Positions 44,701 to 54,296 of a DNA stretch of 64,000 nt are shown here, in pieces; position 1 is the stretch's first letter, and each line of letters begins with the position of its first letter. The notes beneath the pieces were generated by a model. That model saw nothing but the letters and a program-made list of their open reading frames with translations, ran no database searches and had not been told where the DNA came from. Source of the stretch: Candidatus Bathyarchaeia archaeon (GTDB lineage: Archaea > Thermoproteota > Bathyarchaeia > Bathyarchaeales > Bathycorpusculaceae); the NCBI GenBank assembly GCA_050010515.1, contig JBEKKX010000008.1:1-64000 (forward strand), read 5' to 3'. Made by a program: the position numbers and the translations under genes.

Positions 44701-45355
44701 CTTCGAAGAACTCGACGACCTGCTGGGAGGAGGAATACCCGAAAACTACGCGGTGGTTCTGGTTTCGCCTTCTAGCGATGAAAGAGGTCTACTCATTAGA
44801 CGATTCATAGAGGTAGGAGCAGAAGCGAGTGCGGTAACTTTCTACATGACAGCAGAAGCAAGAAACGGGAAGGTTTTGGCGGAAAAATATCCATCCAACT
44901 TTTACCTTTTCATCTGCAACCCCCGATCAGATGTCATAGTTCAAAACTTGCCGAACGTAGTTAAACTTAAAGGCGTAGAAAACTTAACCGAAATTGACAT
45001 CGCTGTAACAAAGGCTTTCCGCACTCTGAGCCCAGCCGCAATCGGTCCGAAAAGAGCCTGCATCGAAATAGTGTCCGATGTCCTCCTCCAGCACCATGCC
45101 GTAATCACAAGAAAATGGCTAAACGCTCTTCTCCCGGACCTCAAGACCAAAGGCTTTACAACGTTGGCGGTCATTGACCAGAACATGCACCCGCAAGAAG
45201 AGACACAGGCAATCACAGGTTTGTTCGACGGAGAAATCAGGATTACCGAAAAAGAAACTGCTAACGGCGTACAAAGGAGTCTCAGAATCAGGAAACTGAC
45301 CAGTCAACGGTACTCAGAAAACGAACTTGGTCTAACTAAAGAAAAACTATTGTGA
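41786..45355 (+). CDS. Multidomain STAND-like AAA ATPase, TPR repeats, Ig/BatD-like domain and degenerate KaiC/RAD55 domain
   Basis: LVGREKEL, GEAGSGKT, FIDDVHWAD and GNPLF motifs; TPR-like helices; C-terminal SGFEELDDLLGGGIP with Walker A degenerated to SPSSDERG. Confidence 0.85.
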   Translation: MLMMLISGVLAEPVLVGREKELEELELFLNSAIEGKGKTVFVSGEAGSGKTRLATEFLNRARKQGVTTLTGWCLSNAAVPYFPFFEAFNAYFSGEQSEENEDASAQLSGSKIEPIEKKRTWGPKDIDIMSWLKGPTQAEQLGKSRMISPQVWKDQTFAAVTKTLTAISAKKPIILFIDDVHWADSASLALIHYIARAMNSEKVLLLATFRSEQLTADAEGRPHPLVETLRLMKREDLFKEIKIANLNQKDVSELAENMLGGDLQQELAAKLAEESQGNPLFIVESLRMLHERGSLIHEHDKWRLAHGEIGIPDKIRDIILQRLSSLTRNQRKVIDVASAMGERFDAELVASVLCQESAEAIETLDTIGQTTALVCCEGEMYQFDHAKSRDAVYSEISPAQRRVYHAKVAEKLEGKGKDGKLPFSDLAYHYAQAGNKEKAVGYALAAAKDELARWSNLQAIKHFEYVLQNILEGHAEEKRTALEGLGDAYAANYMYGEAIKTFDELAAHETGVVRLRALRKAMDAAFLKGDTDLVLEYARKAEEVTVDDRLEEARFINTMARAWGFAGRGDQKMDMADYDAVLQVFEEENSIADAADALCRSGLACVRFEDSQEKGVGQLLRSVAIFRELGDVRKEIEATLGTGYAFLVFTGLLPEARREYSNVLRIGQKLDVFAELAQASTRRFSFADEGEEEIAEIVSQALKGLEYCKKTDVNWIQGSLYATLTSGYSKLGDLKHADEYFDRMTKLPPEILSHYMNIFAVAVSKGVYFAAKARWEESNQCFEEVLEYSNTTYAYSGQEIIGRSNYAWALEKQGRAEEARVQQDRVQKLYEQTEERFGHANVQLSLMMPRKVQVGEKFEMRLDLVNVARRAGNLTKIEGAIPPEFNVVNLPSYCSLQNGSLEMKNREIGAFQAETVKVTLQAVKAGTFTLNPKAVYIDELGETKTYNLNPALIAVQPAQPTVHVLSGRISSGFEELDDLLGGGIPENYAVVLVSPSSDERGLLIRRFIEVGAEASAVTFYMTAEARNGKVLAEKYPSNFYLFICNPRSDVIVQNLPNVVKLKGVENLTEIDIAVTKAFRTLSPAAIGPKRACIEIVSDVLLQHHAVITRKWLNALLPDLKTKGFTTLAVIDQNMHPQEETQAITGLFDGEIRITEKETANGVQRSLRIRKLTSQRYSENELGLTKEKLL

Positions 45356-45486
45356 TCGGCTTGGAACAGAAATTGCTGAATTGAAAGAGCGCAAAAGTCT
45401 GGAGCGCGCCCGCCTACCATAGAAGAAGAAAGGAACGAAAGAATTTTAAGGTGCCAAAACGCAACATAGATTGCAGGGGTAATCAG

Positions 45487-45867
45487 ATGATTGTTACAAG
45501 TTCCAAGCCATACGGAGTTGTCAGAGGCATGCTCAAGAAATGGAAGAAAGTTGGAATCGTATCCTGCAACTCCTGCGCAAGGGCTTGCGAGACAGGCGGA
45601 AAAGAAAAAATGGAAGAACTCGCTCAGAGACTAAAGCAGGACGGGTTTGACGTAGTAGATATGGAATTGGTTCCGATGGCCTGCAACGTCGATGCAGTCA
45701 AGAAACCAGAATATCGCGCTGATTACTTGGTAGCTTTGGCATGCGATTCTGGTGTTTGTACTCTTCAATCACTTTTCACTGACAAAATAGTTGTTCCAGC
45801 TCTCGAAACGATTGGACTTGGAGCTAGGGATGCGCAAGGCAACATTTTCTTGATGAGAAAATTCTAA
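45487..45867 (+). CDS. Small Fe-S protein resembling the MetV (methylene-THF reductase accessory) N-terminal domain
   Basis: MIVT..KP, CNSCARACETGG, AC and ACDSGV motifs. Confidence 0.6.
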   Translation: MIVTSSKPYGVVRGMLKKWKKVGIVSCNSCARACETGGKEKMEELAQRLKQDGFDVVDMELVPMACNVDAVKKPEYRADYLVALACDSGVCTLQSLFTDKIVVPALETIGLGARDAQGNIFLMRKF

Positions 45868-46013
45868 GAGTCCAAAACTATCATGCGTTGGCAAACCACG
45901 AGTCAAGTTCTACGTTTCCAACCTTAGCACAAAACCGTCTCACCAACATTCTTCACCACATAATATCAGTACAAGGCAGCGCGCTTGTTCGTTCGGTTTT
46001 GTAAGGACATTAT

Positions 46014-46652
46014 TTACGCGTGCGTGCCAGTTTGATTGCTACGTTCTATCGCTTCTGAAATCACCAGCTTCAAATTGTGAGGCCCAATTCTTTTCGTCTC
46101 CAAAACTGAGAGACCGAAATTCAACTTGTCTATTTCTTCAAGGTTCTTCTCAACTTCTCCCAGAGTATCAAAAAGCAGGATACCTTTTAGACCACTAAAA
46201 AACTGTCTAAAGATGTCCTCATCAATACCTTCTTTCAACGCTTTATTCTTAAGATGCTTGTAAAAATCTATCATTCCCGGGTCCAATAACAAGAGTTTAT
46301 GAGTAGGGTCAGCTTCAAAAAACTTCCCTTTCCCACCAAGCAAGCAGTCAATGCAGCTCACCGCGTCTACTTTAATTACGCCATATTCCTCGGCGAGCTC
46401 TTTCATCTCATTATTTGCACCAAGACACAGGTCCCCGTAAACCAAAATTACCCTTCCAGAAAAACGGGGGAGCGTTCGTTTTAGAACTTCCCGAAGATTC
46501 TTCTCCAAAAGAGCGTAATCTCCGTGGAAGAACTTGCTTACAAAAACCAAATCAGCATCCAGATCGCCTCTTTTCACGAGCTCCTGGATTTCCGCCTTCA
46601 AAGCACTGCAAGACACTAAACAAGGCTTCTCCTTTTCACTAACCATTAACAA
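46014..46652 (-). CDS. DUF1638-domain protein
   Basis: SCSAL..E, H, LVYGDLC and SCIDCLLGG motifs. Confidence 0.75.
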   Translation of the reverse strand: MLMVSEKEKPCLVSCSALKAEIQELVKRGDLDADLVFVSKFFHGDYALLEKNLREVLKRTLPRFSGRVILVYGDLCLGANNEMKELAEEYGVIKVDAVSCIDCLLGGKGKFFEADPTHKLLLLDPGMIDFYKHLKNKALKEGIDEDIFRQFFSGLKGILLFDTLGEVEKNLEEIDKLNFGLSVLETKRIGPHNLKLVISEAIERSNQTGTHA

Positions 46653-46668
46653 ACATCCCGCTTACCTG

Positions 46669-47547
46669 CTAAGCGTGCGCGCTCGAACATGGTCTTAACT
46701 GTTCTGACAAACGCTCAAGCGCCAATTTTCTCTTGAAATTATCTGAACATCCAGTCGCATGGAACGTGTAGTCGCGATCCTTAATTGTCTCCTTGTGAGG
46801 CTCGTATGGGATGATTCCTCCGCACCATGCGCATCTCGGAGTACTATCATCAACCATCGATATTCCTCTTTCAGTAATGTTGAAGATGATCCAGCGGGTC
46901 TGATGCTTGACGCCCTTAATTGAGAATATCCTGAACATTCTGGTAATCTCCGAACCTGTGTCGTCCAGTCTCATCTCAAAGATCCCGTTGAACATGGTCC
47001 TAACTGTGCTGACAAACATGCTATCGTGGGACGTTGGGATCAAGGTGAAAAAAGCTAGAGCGTTCAGGCTTCTCATCTTGGCTGTAACTAGTTGTAGAAA
47101 CTTCAGAGTCGTATCTGGATTTGATTGAATCGCCAGATCTGTGATTGAATCAAAAACAAACCTCGGCTTCGATACGTCTTGGCAGATTTTCTGACATGCG
47201 ATCATAACTCCGGTGAGGTTTGCCGGGTTAACCGTTACGAATGGTTCGTTGCCCGTAGCGCCTCGAACTCGCCAGGAATACGCGTCAACCAGCCTAAGGT
47301 CGCCTTTCATCCCGTCCTGGTCTTCCATGAGTTTTTGAATTGACGCTTGGATCTCGCCGCAATCTTCGTCGGTAGACAGGTAAATTCCAGTTTCTTTGTT
47401 TGACAGTCCTCTGGCTATGAAAGTTTTGCAGAAGGATGTTTTTCCAGCACCTGAGTTACCTATGAGGAGGTATATACCGCGGGGAATCTCTCCATCTATC
47501 AAGAAACTTGCACCTGGAAAAACCTCAGTTGAAACCATCTTCATCAC
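46669..47547 (-). CDS. KaiC/RAD55-like ATPase with a C-terminal TRASH-like metal-binding domain
   Basis: GNSGAGKT, STDE and VFDSI motifs; SIKG in place of K.RG; CAWCG...FHATGC tail. Confidence 0.82.
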   Translation of the reverse strand: MMKMVSTEVFPGASFLIDGEIPRGIYLLIGNSGAGKTSFCKTFIARGLSNKETGIYLSTDEDCGEIQASIQKLMEDQDGMKGDLRLVDAYSWRVRGATGNEPFVTVNPANLTGVMIACQKICQDVSKPRFVFDSITDLAIQSNPDTTLKFLQLVTAKMRSLNALAFFTLIPTSHDSMFVSTVRTMFNGIFEMRLDDTGSEITRMFRIFSIKGVKHQTRWIIFNITERGISMVDDSTPRCAWCGGIIPYEPHKETIKDRDYTFHATGCSDNFKRKLALERLSEQLRPCSSAHA

Positions 47548-47796
47548 GCACGCGCCTTCTCAAATAACGCGCGATAGTTTCATTAGTGTCTTGTTATTAT
47601 TATACTTTAATTTAAGAGCGCGCCAGCTTGTTGCAAAATTATGAAAGTTGACATGTTGCTGTTTTAAGCGTCGTCGCCGTTGTTGTTACCCCTAAGTCCG
47701 ATATTGCTTTGATGGGTTCTATGCATACGTTCTGCTCTGTTCTATCTTCCTACAAAAATTATAAATAGACAGTAGAGTCTTTTAGCATCTTCGAAG

Positions 47797-48573
47797 GTGA
47801 ATATATTGTCAGATTCTGTGACGACGGTTCCTACTGGAATTGAGGGTTTGGATGAGTTGATCAGCGGTGGCTTCCCGCAGAATAGAGTCATATTAGTGAT
47901 CGGAGGACCAGGTGCTGGAAAAACAATACTTGCTTCCCAATTCTTATACAAGGGCATCGCCGAACATGGTGAAAACGGTGTTTTCATCAGCTTAGACGAG
48001 GGTAAGAATCATTTCTTTGCTGAAATGGCGAAATTCGGTTGGGATTTCAAAAAAGCTGAGCAAGAGGGGAAGTTCGGTTTCCTCGACGCTACAAGGCTCT
48101 CCAGAGTTGCCATGCTTAAGGAAAAAATGATGAAAGAGGAATCAAGCAGTCTTCGAGGAAAGGAACTCCAGGTCGACAGGTTGGTGGAAGACATGCAGGC
48201 GATTATAAAGAAAGTCAACGCTAAACGCGTGGTTTTGGATACGCTTGCTTCGCTTTTCTACAGGTTTTTGGATCCGATAGAGAGAAGAACCGCTAGCGTA
48301 GACCTTATAGAAGCGCTTTCCGATTGCGGTGCAACAGTTCTCGTTACTACAGAATTGGCTAAACTTGGTCTTGAACGAAATATATCTGATGAAGAATTCT
48401 TGGTCCACGGTGTCATTATGATGCAGACTCTGTTTTCAGGCGGAACCACAACTAGAGGACTACAAGTTGAAAAAATGAGAGGTGTCAGCGTAAACACAAA
48501 CCTTGTTCCCTACACGATCGACAAAACCGGAATAGAAATTTACCCAACCATGTCACTGTTCAGAGAAAAATAG
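47797..48573 (+). CDS. KaiC/GvpD/RAD55-family ATPase
   Basis: TGIEGLDELISGG, GGPGAGKT, VLDTL and EKMRG motifs. Confidence 0.9.
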   Translation: MNILSDSVTTVPTGIEGLDELISGGFPQNRVILVIGGPGAGKTILASQFLYKGIAEHGENGVFISLDEGKNHFFAEMAKFGWDFKKAEQEGKFGFLDATRLSRVAMLKEKMMKEESSSLRGKELQVDRLVEDMQAIIKKVNAKRVVLDTLASLFYRFLDPIERRTASVDLIEALSDCGATVLVTTELAKLGLERNISDEEFLVHGVIMMQTLFSGGTTTRGLQVEKMRGVSVNTNLVPYTIDKTGIEIYPTMSLFREK

Positions 48574-48617
48574 AACCAAAAAGCACACGCTGTACAAGTT
48601 TTTAGTTCCTCCGTCTT

Positions 48618-48803
48618 ATGGCTTCTAAGGATTATGGGAAACCGTTCCTGCAGATTTTCCGCGAAGCCGACAAAGACTTCTACAAGATTGACCACGGATT
48701 GTTCGCGCCGGCAGTGCTAATGATAAACAACGCTAAAACTGGCAGAACATTCAAAGCTGGAGAAATTAACCCTAAGGTGCTAGCTGAATCCTTAGGATTC
48801 TAA
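48618..48803 (+). pseudogene. mch: mch 3'-end fragment
   Basis: [27 protein letters not shown]; the 18 bp GACTTCTACAAGATTGAC are identical to 41391..41408. Confidence 0.88.
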
Positions 48804-48819
48804 ATTTTTATCTTTTTTA

Positions 48820-49419
48820 TTATAGCATGTTAGCATGTCGTAAGTTTCGTTTGATTATTACTGCAATGAAGTAGCCTATTGGAATAGTATATAGTGCCAG
48901 CGTTGCATTAAATATGCTTGTGACAGGTACATAGTATCCTGTTACGATTGGTTGTGGAATCGAAAAACCGACTGGCGGCGGAAAGGGAAGTGTGACATAG
49001 TTTACGGCTGTCATAATTATGACGCGGAATGTGATTCCAAATGCGGTATAAGCTGTTGCCAAAGATGTATTGTATTTCCATTTTGCCGATGTTTCCTTGC
49101 TTGATATTCTTTTGTAGAAAATAGTGTGAGCAATGTACATGCCTAACAACATTGAGAGTGTGGCGGCTAAGTTATAGACAGGTCCTAACGGACTGGCGCC
49201 TTGGAAGATAGCGAATAGAACTACGGCGTTTAAACCTGCTATTGCTATGGCTGATTTTAAGTTTAATAACAAGGAAGCAGCTACAATTGGTATTTCCCAG
49301 ATTTGGTATATTAAGAAAGGCGCGTATGGGGCTGGCAGGAAGATTTTTGATATGTCTGGGTTAAGAGCAACCGTTAGGGAAGCAAAGACAATCGTTAATG
49401 TTATGGCTTTAGTTTCCAT
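48820..49419 (-). CDS. ECF transporter S-component-like membrane protein
   Basis: PAPYAPFL.YQIWEIP motif; about six TM helices; FRV.IMT.VNY. Confidence 0.75.
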   Translation of the reverse strand: METKAITLTIVFASLTVALNPDISKIFLPAPYAPFLIYQIWEIPIVAASLLLNLKSAIAIAGLNAVVLFAIFQGASPLGPVYNLAATLSMLLGMYIAHTIFYKRISSKETSAKWKYNTSLATAYTAFGITFRVIIMTAVNYVTLPFPPPVGFSIPQPIVTGYYVPVTSIFNATLALYTIPIGYFIAVIIKRNLRHANML

Positions 49420-49545
49420 AGTAATCAGATTAGTGGCTATGCCTAATTATTTAAGAGTAGCTACTCAAAAAAGGGTGGTGATCAGCGTAAAATTTGGAAA
49501 TAATGATAAATAAGCCAACATAAAATAAGATATAGGGAAGCGCAA

Positions 49546-50796
49546 TTGTCGGAAACAGTCCAGTTCACATCATCTGACGAAGTTAAACGGTGGCTTGAAA
49601 ACCAGACAAGCTCGATCCTCTCGCCCGTGCATGCTCAAGCCAAAAAATTAAGGGACGATATGAACGCCGCAATCGAGGCCGTCGGGGACGTAAGCCAGAT
49701 GCTTTTGGATAATAGTACAAGAGAAATCGATAGAAGAAACATGAAAGTTTACAATCGAGCCAGAGCCCTGAACAAGCTTGCTCATTTATTTCTTGACCGT
49801 CTCAAAAAACTCAATCTTCCAGAAGAAATTTCTTACGATACCTTAAATAGATATGCTCAGGAAATTCAAAAAGTCTTTATTGTAATCGATATAGACATTA
49901 AGAATTGGTTTCCAAGAATTTCACCCTTCTTCATTATGGATAGAAGAAAATTTTTAGCCATATACGAAAGATCTAAACAAGCATATGCAGCCCTCAATGA
50001 CTTTGTCACAAAAGAGTACATTAAAACTAAAACTTTGGAAGAAGCCTTCCAGCTTCTAAATGAACTTCAAAACGTCCAACAGCAATTAGCTACAATCGGA
50101 GAAGAAAAAGAAAAAATAAAGGATGAGCGTACACCGATCGAAAAAGAAATAGCTGAACTGGAACAAAAAATTGCTGAGTTGAAAAATAGCGGACCGATTG
50201 ATAAGCTAAACTCGGTAAACGCTGAAATAGAAGTGTTAAGCGGTGAATTGAAACATTCGATTAGGTATCTGCAAAAACCCTTCATAAAAATGCAAGCATT
50301 AGCTACCTCGGGTGGTGGAGGTGGAATAACTCCGGATGAGCTTAGCAAGGTGAATCAGTATTTGGCGAATCCTTTTGACGCGTTGATAGCTGAGGAGATT
50401 GGTTATCCGATGCTTAAGGAGATTTTGCAGAAGCTTGAGAGTTTAATGGCTGAGGACAAGCTTAAATTAAAATCTGATAAAGCAAGGAAAGCCGAACAGG
50501 CTTTAAATGAGATACTCAAGGCAGACTCGCTCGCCAAGCTTCAAATCAGATGTGTGGAAATGGCAACTACAAAAGAACAGCTGTCAGGTTCTCCAATGAT
50601 GGATGAGGTAAAACGCAATCTATCCGTGTTTCAGGCGCAGGTTGACCAGCTAAAAGCGAGAAAAACTAGCATCGAAACACATGAAGCAGTAAAAGAAAAC
50701 ACGTACAAAGGGGCTGTTGATAAAATCAGCAATCTTAAGCGGTCAATTGAAAGAGATATTTACAGCTCAATTGAAATAAAAGTTCAAATTCCCTAG
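49546..50796 (+). CDS. Coiled-coil hypothetical protein
   Basis: 416 aa, E/K/L-rich heptad repeats. Confidence 0.75.
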   Translation: MSETVQFTSSDEVKRWLENQTSSILSPVHAQAKKLRDDMNAAIEAVGDVSQMLLDNSTREIDRRNMKVYNRARALNKLAHLFLDRLKKLNLPEEISYDTLNRYAQEIQKVFIVIDIDIKNWFPRISPFFIMDRRKFLAIYERSKQAYAALNDFVTKEYIKTKTLEEAFQLLNELQNVQQQLATIGEEKEKIKDERTPIEKEIAELEQKIAELKNSGPIDKLNSVNAEIEVLSGELKHSIRYLQKPFIKMQALATSGGGGGITPDELSKVNQYLANPFDALIAEEIGYPMLKEILQKLESLMAEDKLKLKSDKARKAEQALNEILKADSLAKLQIRCVEMATTKEQLSGSPMMDEVKRNLSVFQAQVDQLKARKTSIETHEAVKENTYKGAVDKISNLKRSIERDIYSSIEIKVQIP

Positions 50797-50811
50797 TTGC
50801 CGTGTTTCGCT

Positions 50812-51732
50812 TTGGATTTATCTTCACTTGTCGAAGAAGCTTTAAGCATTCAAAGCAGCGGCTTTATCGAGACAGTGGACAAAGCCATGTCCTTGCTGCA
50901 GAATGAAAATGGGCAAATTGGCAACTTAACAATAGTAAACCGTTTAGTTAAACTTGAACCGTTAGGCGAAGCATTAGTAATCGGCGACTTGCATGGGGAC
51001 CTAGAAAGCCTCATCATTATCCTGCAAACAAGCAGATTCGTCGAGAAAATGGAGAAAACCAAAGAGGCAACGTTGATTTTTTTAGGCGATTACGGTGACA
51101 GGGGAGACAAATCAGCAGAAATCTACTATGCAATTCTGAAGCTTAAGCTTGCTTTTCCCGGGCAAGTTGTTCTGTTGCGTGGAAACCATGAAGCGCCAAA
51201 AGATCTGTTGGGTTATCCGCATGATTTGCCCTTCCAATTCCAAAACAGGTTCGGGGAAGATTGGAAGATGGCTTACGAAAAAACACGGGCTCTATTCGCT
51301 TATTTCTATAATGCCGTGTTTGTTGAGGACCGATATTTGATGATTCACGGCGGCGTATCTCCACAAATCAGCAGTCTCCAAGACATTGCTCAAGCTCAAG
51401 AAAACCACAACGAGGCCGTGCTTGAAGATTTGCTTTGGAGCGACCCCGACGAAAACTTACAAGGCATTTCTTCTTCGCCGAGGGGTGCAGGGCAACTCTT
51501 TGGCAAAAGCGTAACGGAAAAGGTTCTTGGAGAGTTGAACGCTAAAATTTTGATAAGAGGCCATGAATCAAGTGACTCAGGCTTCAAAATCAACCATGAC
51601 GGCAAAGTCTTAACTTTGTTCTCAAGAAAAGGCTCACCCTACTTTAACAGATATGGTGCATATTTGCAGTTACCGCTTTCAGAAAAATTCGAAAATGCCC
51701 AGCAGCTTATTCCATGGATTCATAAATTTTAA
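50812..51732 (+). CDS. PPP-family Ser/Thr protein phosphatase
   Basis: GDLHG, GDYGDRG, RGNHE, HGG, LLWSDP and RGHE motifs. Confidence 0.93.
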   Translation: MDLSSLVEEALSIQSSGFIETVDKAMSLLQNENGQIGNLTIVNRLVKLEPLGEALVIGDLHGDLESLIIILQTSRFVEKMEKTKEATLIFLGDYGDRGDKSAEIYYAILKLKLAFPGQVVLLRGNHEAPKDLLGYPHDLPFQFQNRFGEDWKMAYEKTRALFAYFYNAVFVEDRYLMIHGGVSPQISSLQDIAQAQENHNEAVLEDLLWSDPDENLQGISSSPRGAGQLFGKSVTEKVLGELNAKILIRGHESSDSGFKINHDGKVLTLFSRKGSPYFNRYGAYLQLPLSEKFENAQQLIPWIHKF

Positions 51733-51761
51733 CTATATACAATCATCGATTTGTCTCCCTC

Positions 51762-51822
51762 TTGTGTGTGCGCACAGCCTACCCCCCAGGATTCAGTATA
51801 TGCTCCAAATAGGATCCAAATA
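51762..51822 (+). repeat. About 60-bp dispersed intergenic repeat, copy 1
   Basis: TTGTGTGTGCGCACAGCCTACCCCCCAGG...AATAGGATCCAAATA; similar to 58036..58093. Confidence 0.65.
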
Positions 51823-52044
51823 GTTAAAGCGGATGCTTTCGTGCTAAATGGAGTCTGTAATTTTTTTACAAGTGTTGATTTTACAATCAAACGAAGCTAA
51901 CGCGCCATGTCGAAATGCTTAATTGTCCGCTAACGCTAACTGAAATAATAATTGATTGCTTCTTGCTGCAATACTGATTAGGCTTGCAGGGCATCATCAA
52001 GATAAGAATCAATCAAAATTAATCAAGGCAAAGAGGTTTAATGG

Positions 52045-53058
52045 TTGCAAAACGAAAACGCCATTCAAACGATTAACCTAACGAAAACATTTAAATCAAA
52101 AATTCAAACTTCTGAAACCAAATTTTTCAAGCGCAAAACAGTTTCCGTAAACGCTATTGACAACCTCAATTTTGAAATTAAGAAAGGGGAACTTTTTGGG
52201 CTTTTGGGACCTAACGGTGCAGGAAAAACAACTCTGGTCAAAATGTTGTGTACTCTTCTTCCGCCAGACAGTGGAACCGCGTTAATCAACGGTTTCGACA
52301 TAATCAAGCAGCAAATGAATGTTAGGCGGTCACTTGGCACTCTTTTCAGTGTCGGAGAAAGAGGCTTCTTTTGGCGGCTGAATGGTTACAGAAACCTAGA
52401 ATTCTTCGCTTCAATCTATAATGTGCCGAGACAAAAACGGCATGAACGAATTATGGAAGTCTTGGAACTTGTGGGTTTAGATAACAGCACTTTTCAGTTG
52501 TACCAGAAATATTCTGGCGGAATGAAAAGAAAACTTGCACTCGCAAGAACCCTGCTTCCAGACCCACCCATAATTCTGCTTGATGAGCCAACGACTGGTT
52601 TAGATGCTATTTCTTCAAGGAACATTAGGGAATTTGTCAAAAAAAACGTTCAGGAAACAGGCAAAACAGTGCTCTACACTACGCATTATATTGAGGAAGC
52701 AGCGCAAATCTGCGATAAAATTGCTATCCTGAAGCAGGGAAAAATCGTGGCTTGCGACACTCCGAACGCTTTGAGAGATAAAATCAAAAATGAAGAGTTA
52801 ATCTACTTAATAGTTGAGGAAATAACACTGGCTCAGATTGAGCAAATGCGTTCTTTACAAGGCGTAATAAGTATAACTGAAAAAACCGACGAAGACTCAC
52901 TGCCTAGCCAGAAGGAATTGCGCGTTGAGTTGAAAAGTGTTGACCTGCTTCCATCAATCTTCGATTTTCTGTTTGAACAAAAAATTAAGTTAGTAAATTT
53001 CAAGCGGGAAGAACCCACCTTAGAAGACGCGTTCATTGAATTAACCAAGAGAGCATAA
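52045..53058 (+). CDS. ABC-2 type exporter ATP-binding protein
   Basis: GPNGAGKTT, YSGGM, LLDEPT and TTH motifs. Confidence 0.95.
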   Translation: MQNENAIQTINLTKTFKSKIQTSETKFFKRKTVSVNAIDNLNFEIKKGELFGLLGPNGAGKTTLVKMLCTLLPPDSGTALINGFDIIKQQMNVRRSLGTLFSVGERGFFWRLNGYRNLEFFASIYNVPRQKRHERIMEVLELVGLDNSTFQLYQKYSGGMKRKLALARTLLPDPPIILLDEPTTGLDAISSRNIREFVKKNVQETGKTVLYTTHYIEEAAQICDKIAILKQGKIVACDTPNALRDKIKNEELIYLIVEEITLAQIEQMRSLQGVISITEKTDEDSLPSQKELRVELKSVDLLPSIFDFLFEQKIKLVNFKREEPTLEDAFIELTKRA

Positions 53059-53061
53059 ACT

Positions 53062-53853
53062 ATGTGGGATGAACTGGAAAAAATTTATTTCTTCATGAAA
53101 CGAGACGTCATCAGCTTCTCCACTTACAAGACTAACATTGCTATACTTATTTTAACTGCATTGTTTGGCGCGTTATCATTCGCTTTTTTGGGCTCAAACG
53201 CAACCATGCAAAGCGAGCTCAAATATGACCATCTGACCCTAACCGCTTACCTGCTTATCGGATTAGCCTTTAACACTTACCTTGGTCAAAGCATAACATT
53301 GGTCCAAAAAACCATCAACCCTTGGTCGCTGGAAGAGGTTTTGGTTTCGCCAACAAGCTTAACAACATTCATCGTCGGCAGTTCTCTTTGGGGCTTCATA
53401 TGGAGCACCGGCGTAGTTATAATCTATCTTGCCGTCGGCGTGCTAATTTTCGGGGTAATGTTAAGTGTTAACATTTTGGGAACAATAATTGTTTTAGCGT
53501 TAGGCATCGGCACATTCATTGGTTTTAGTATGATTGGTGCGGGAATCCTTATTTTAACCAAGCAAGGCGACCCAGTGACTGCGCTTATAACCATAGCGAC
53601 AAGCTTGTTCGGAAATGTTTTGTTTCCGCCGCAAGTTATGCCGGCTGCGCTGCAAGCGATTTCTTATGTGTTTCCGCCATACTACTTTTTCACGTGCATC
53701 AGGCTTGTGCTTACAGGCTGGACAATACAGATGATTCTTCCAAACCTGTTGATCTTAACGTTAATGTGCGCAATAATTGTTCCGTTAGGATATGTTATTT
53801 ACGCGTGGTGCCTGAAAAGGGCGAGGAAAAACGGAACCCTCGCATGGTTCTAG
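53062..53853 (+). CDS. ABC-2 type permease
   Basis: Six TM helices; LEEVLVSP and FPP..MP motifs. Confidence 0.9.
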   Translation: MWDELEKIYFFMKRDVISFSTYKTNIAILILTALFGALSFAFLGSNATMQSELKYDHLTLTAYLLIGLAFNTYLGQSITLVQKTINPWSLEEVLVSPTSLTTFIVGSSLWGFIWSTGVVIIYLAVGVLIFGVMLSVNILGTIIVLALGIGTFIGFSMIGAGILILTKQGDPVTALITIATSLFGNVLFPPQVMPAALQAISYVFPPYYFFTCIRLVLTGWTIQMILPNLLILTLMCAIIVPLGYVIYAWCLKRARKNGTLAWF

Positions 53854-53869
53854 ATTTTTTTGGTTGAGA

Positions 53870-54296
53870 CTATTGAGTAGGTTTGGGGATTTGGGTTATT
53901 TGATGCGGTTCTTTTCTGGGAATCTTGAGGTTGTTGAAGTGCTTGTCAAATGATACTATAGCTTCTACGTTTGTGTCAAGTGCAATTGCATACTGGATGG
54001 CGTCGTCCATGTCAAGTTTGTTTTGTGTGGCTAATTCTGTAGCTTTGATTTCATTTGTTAAGTCGGTTGGGTAGATGCGTAGTCCTTTGTAGCCTGTGAG
54101 GCTTGAGAGGAAAACCTTGAGTCCTTCCAGTCTTTCAAAGCTGTACATGGCCACGATTAAAGAATGGACCAGTGAAGTCGGTCATTACTCCTAGTTTTTT
54201 GCCTTTTTTGATTTGCTCAAGAAGTTTTTCACATTCTTCCTTTTTGGCTTGACACAGAAGGACTTCTAGAAAAATGTTAGTGTCAACAGGGTACAT
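53870..54296 (-). pseudogene. PIN-domain toxin with a frameshift
   Basis: MYPVDTNIFLEVLL... from ATG 54296; one extra base near 54170 separates it from ...VHSLIVAMYSF...DDAIQY...SFDKHF. Confidence 0.8.
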
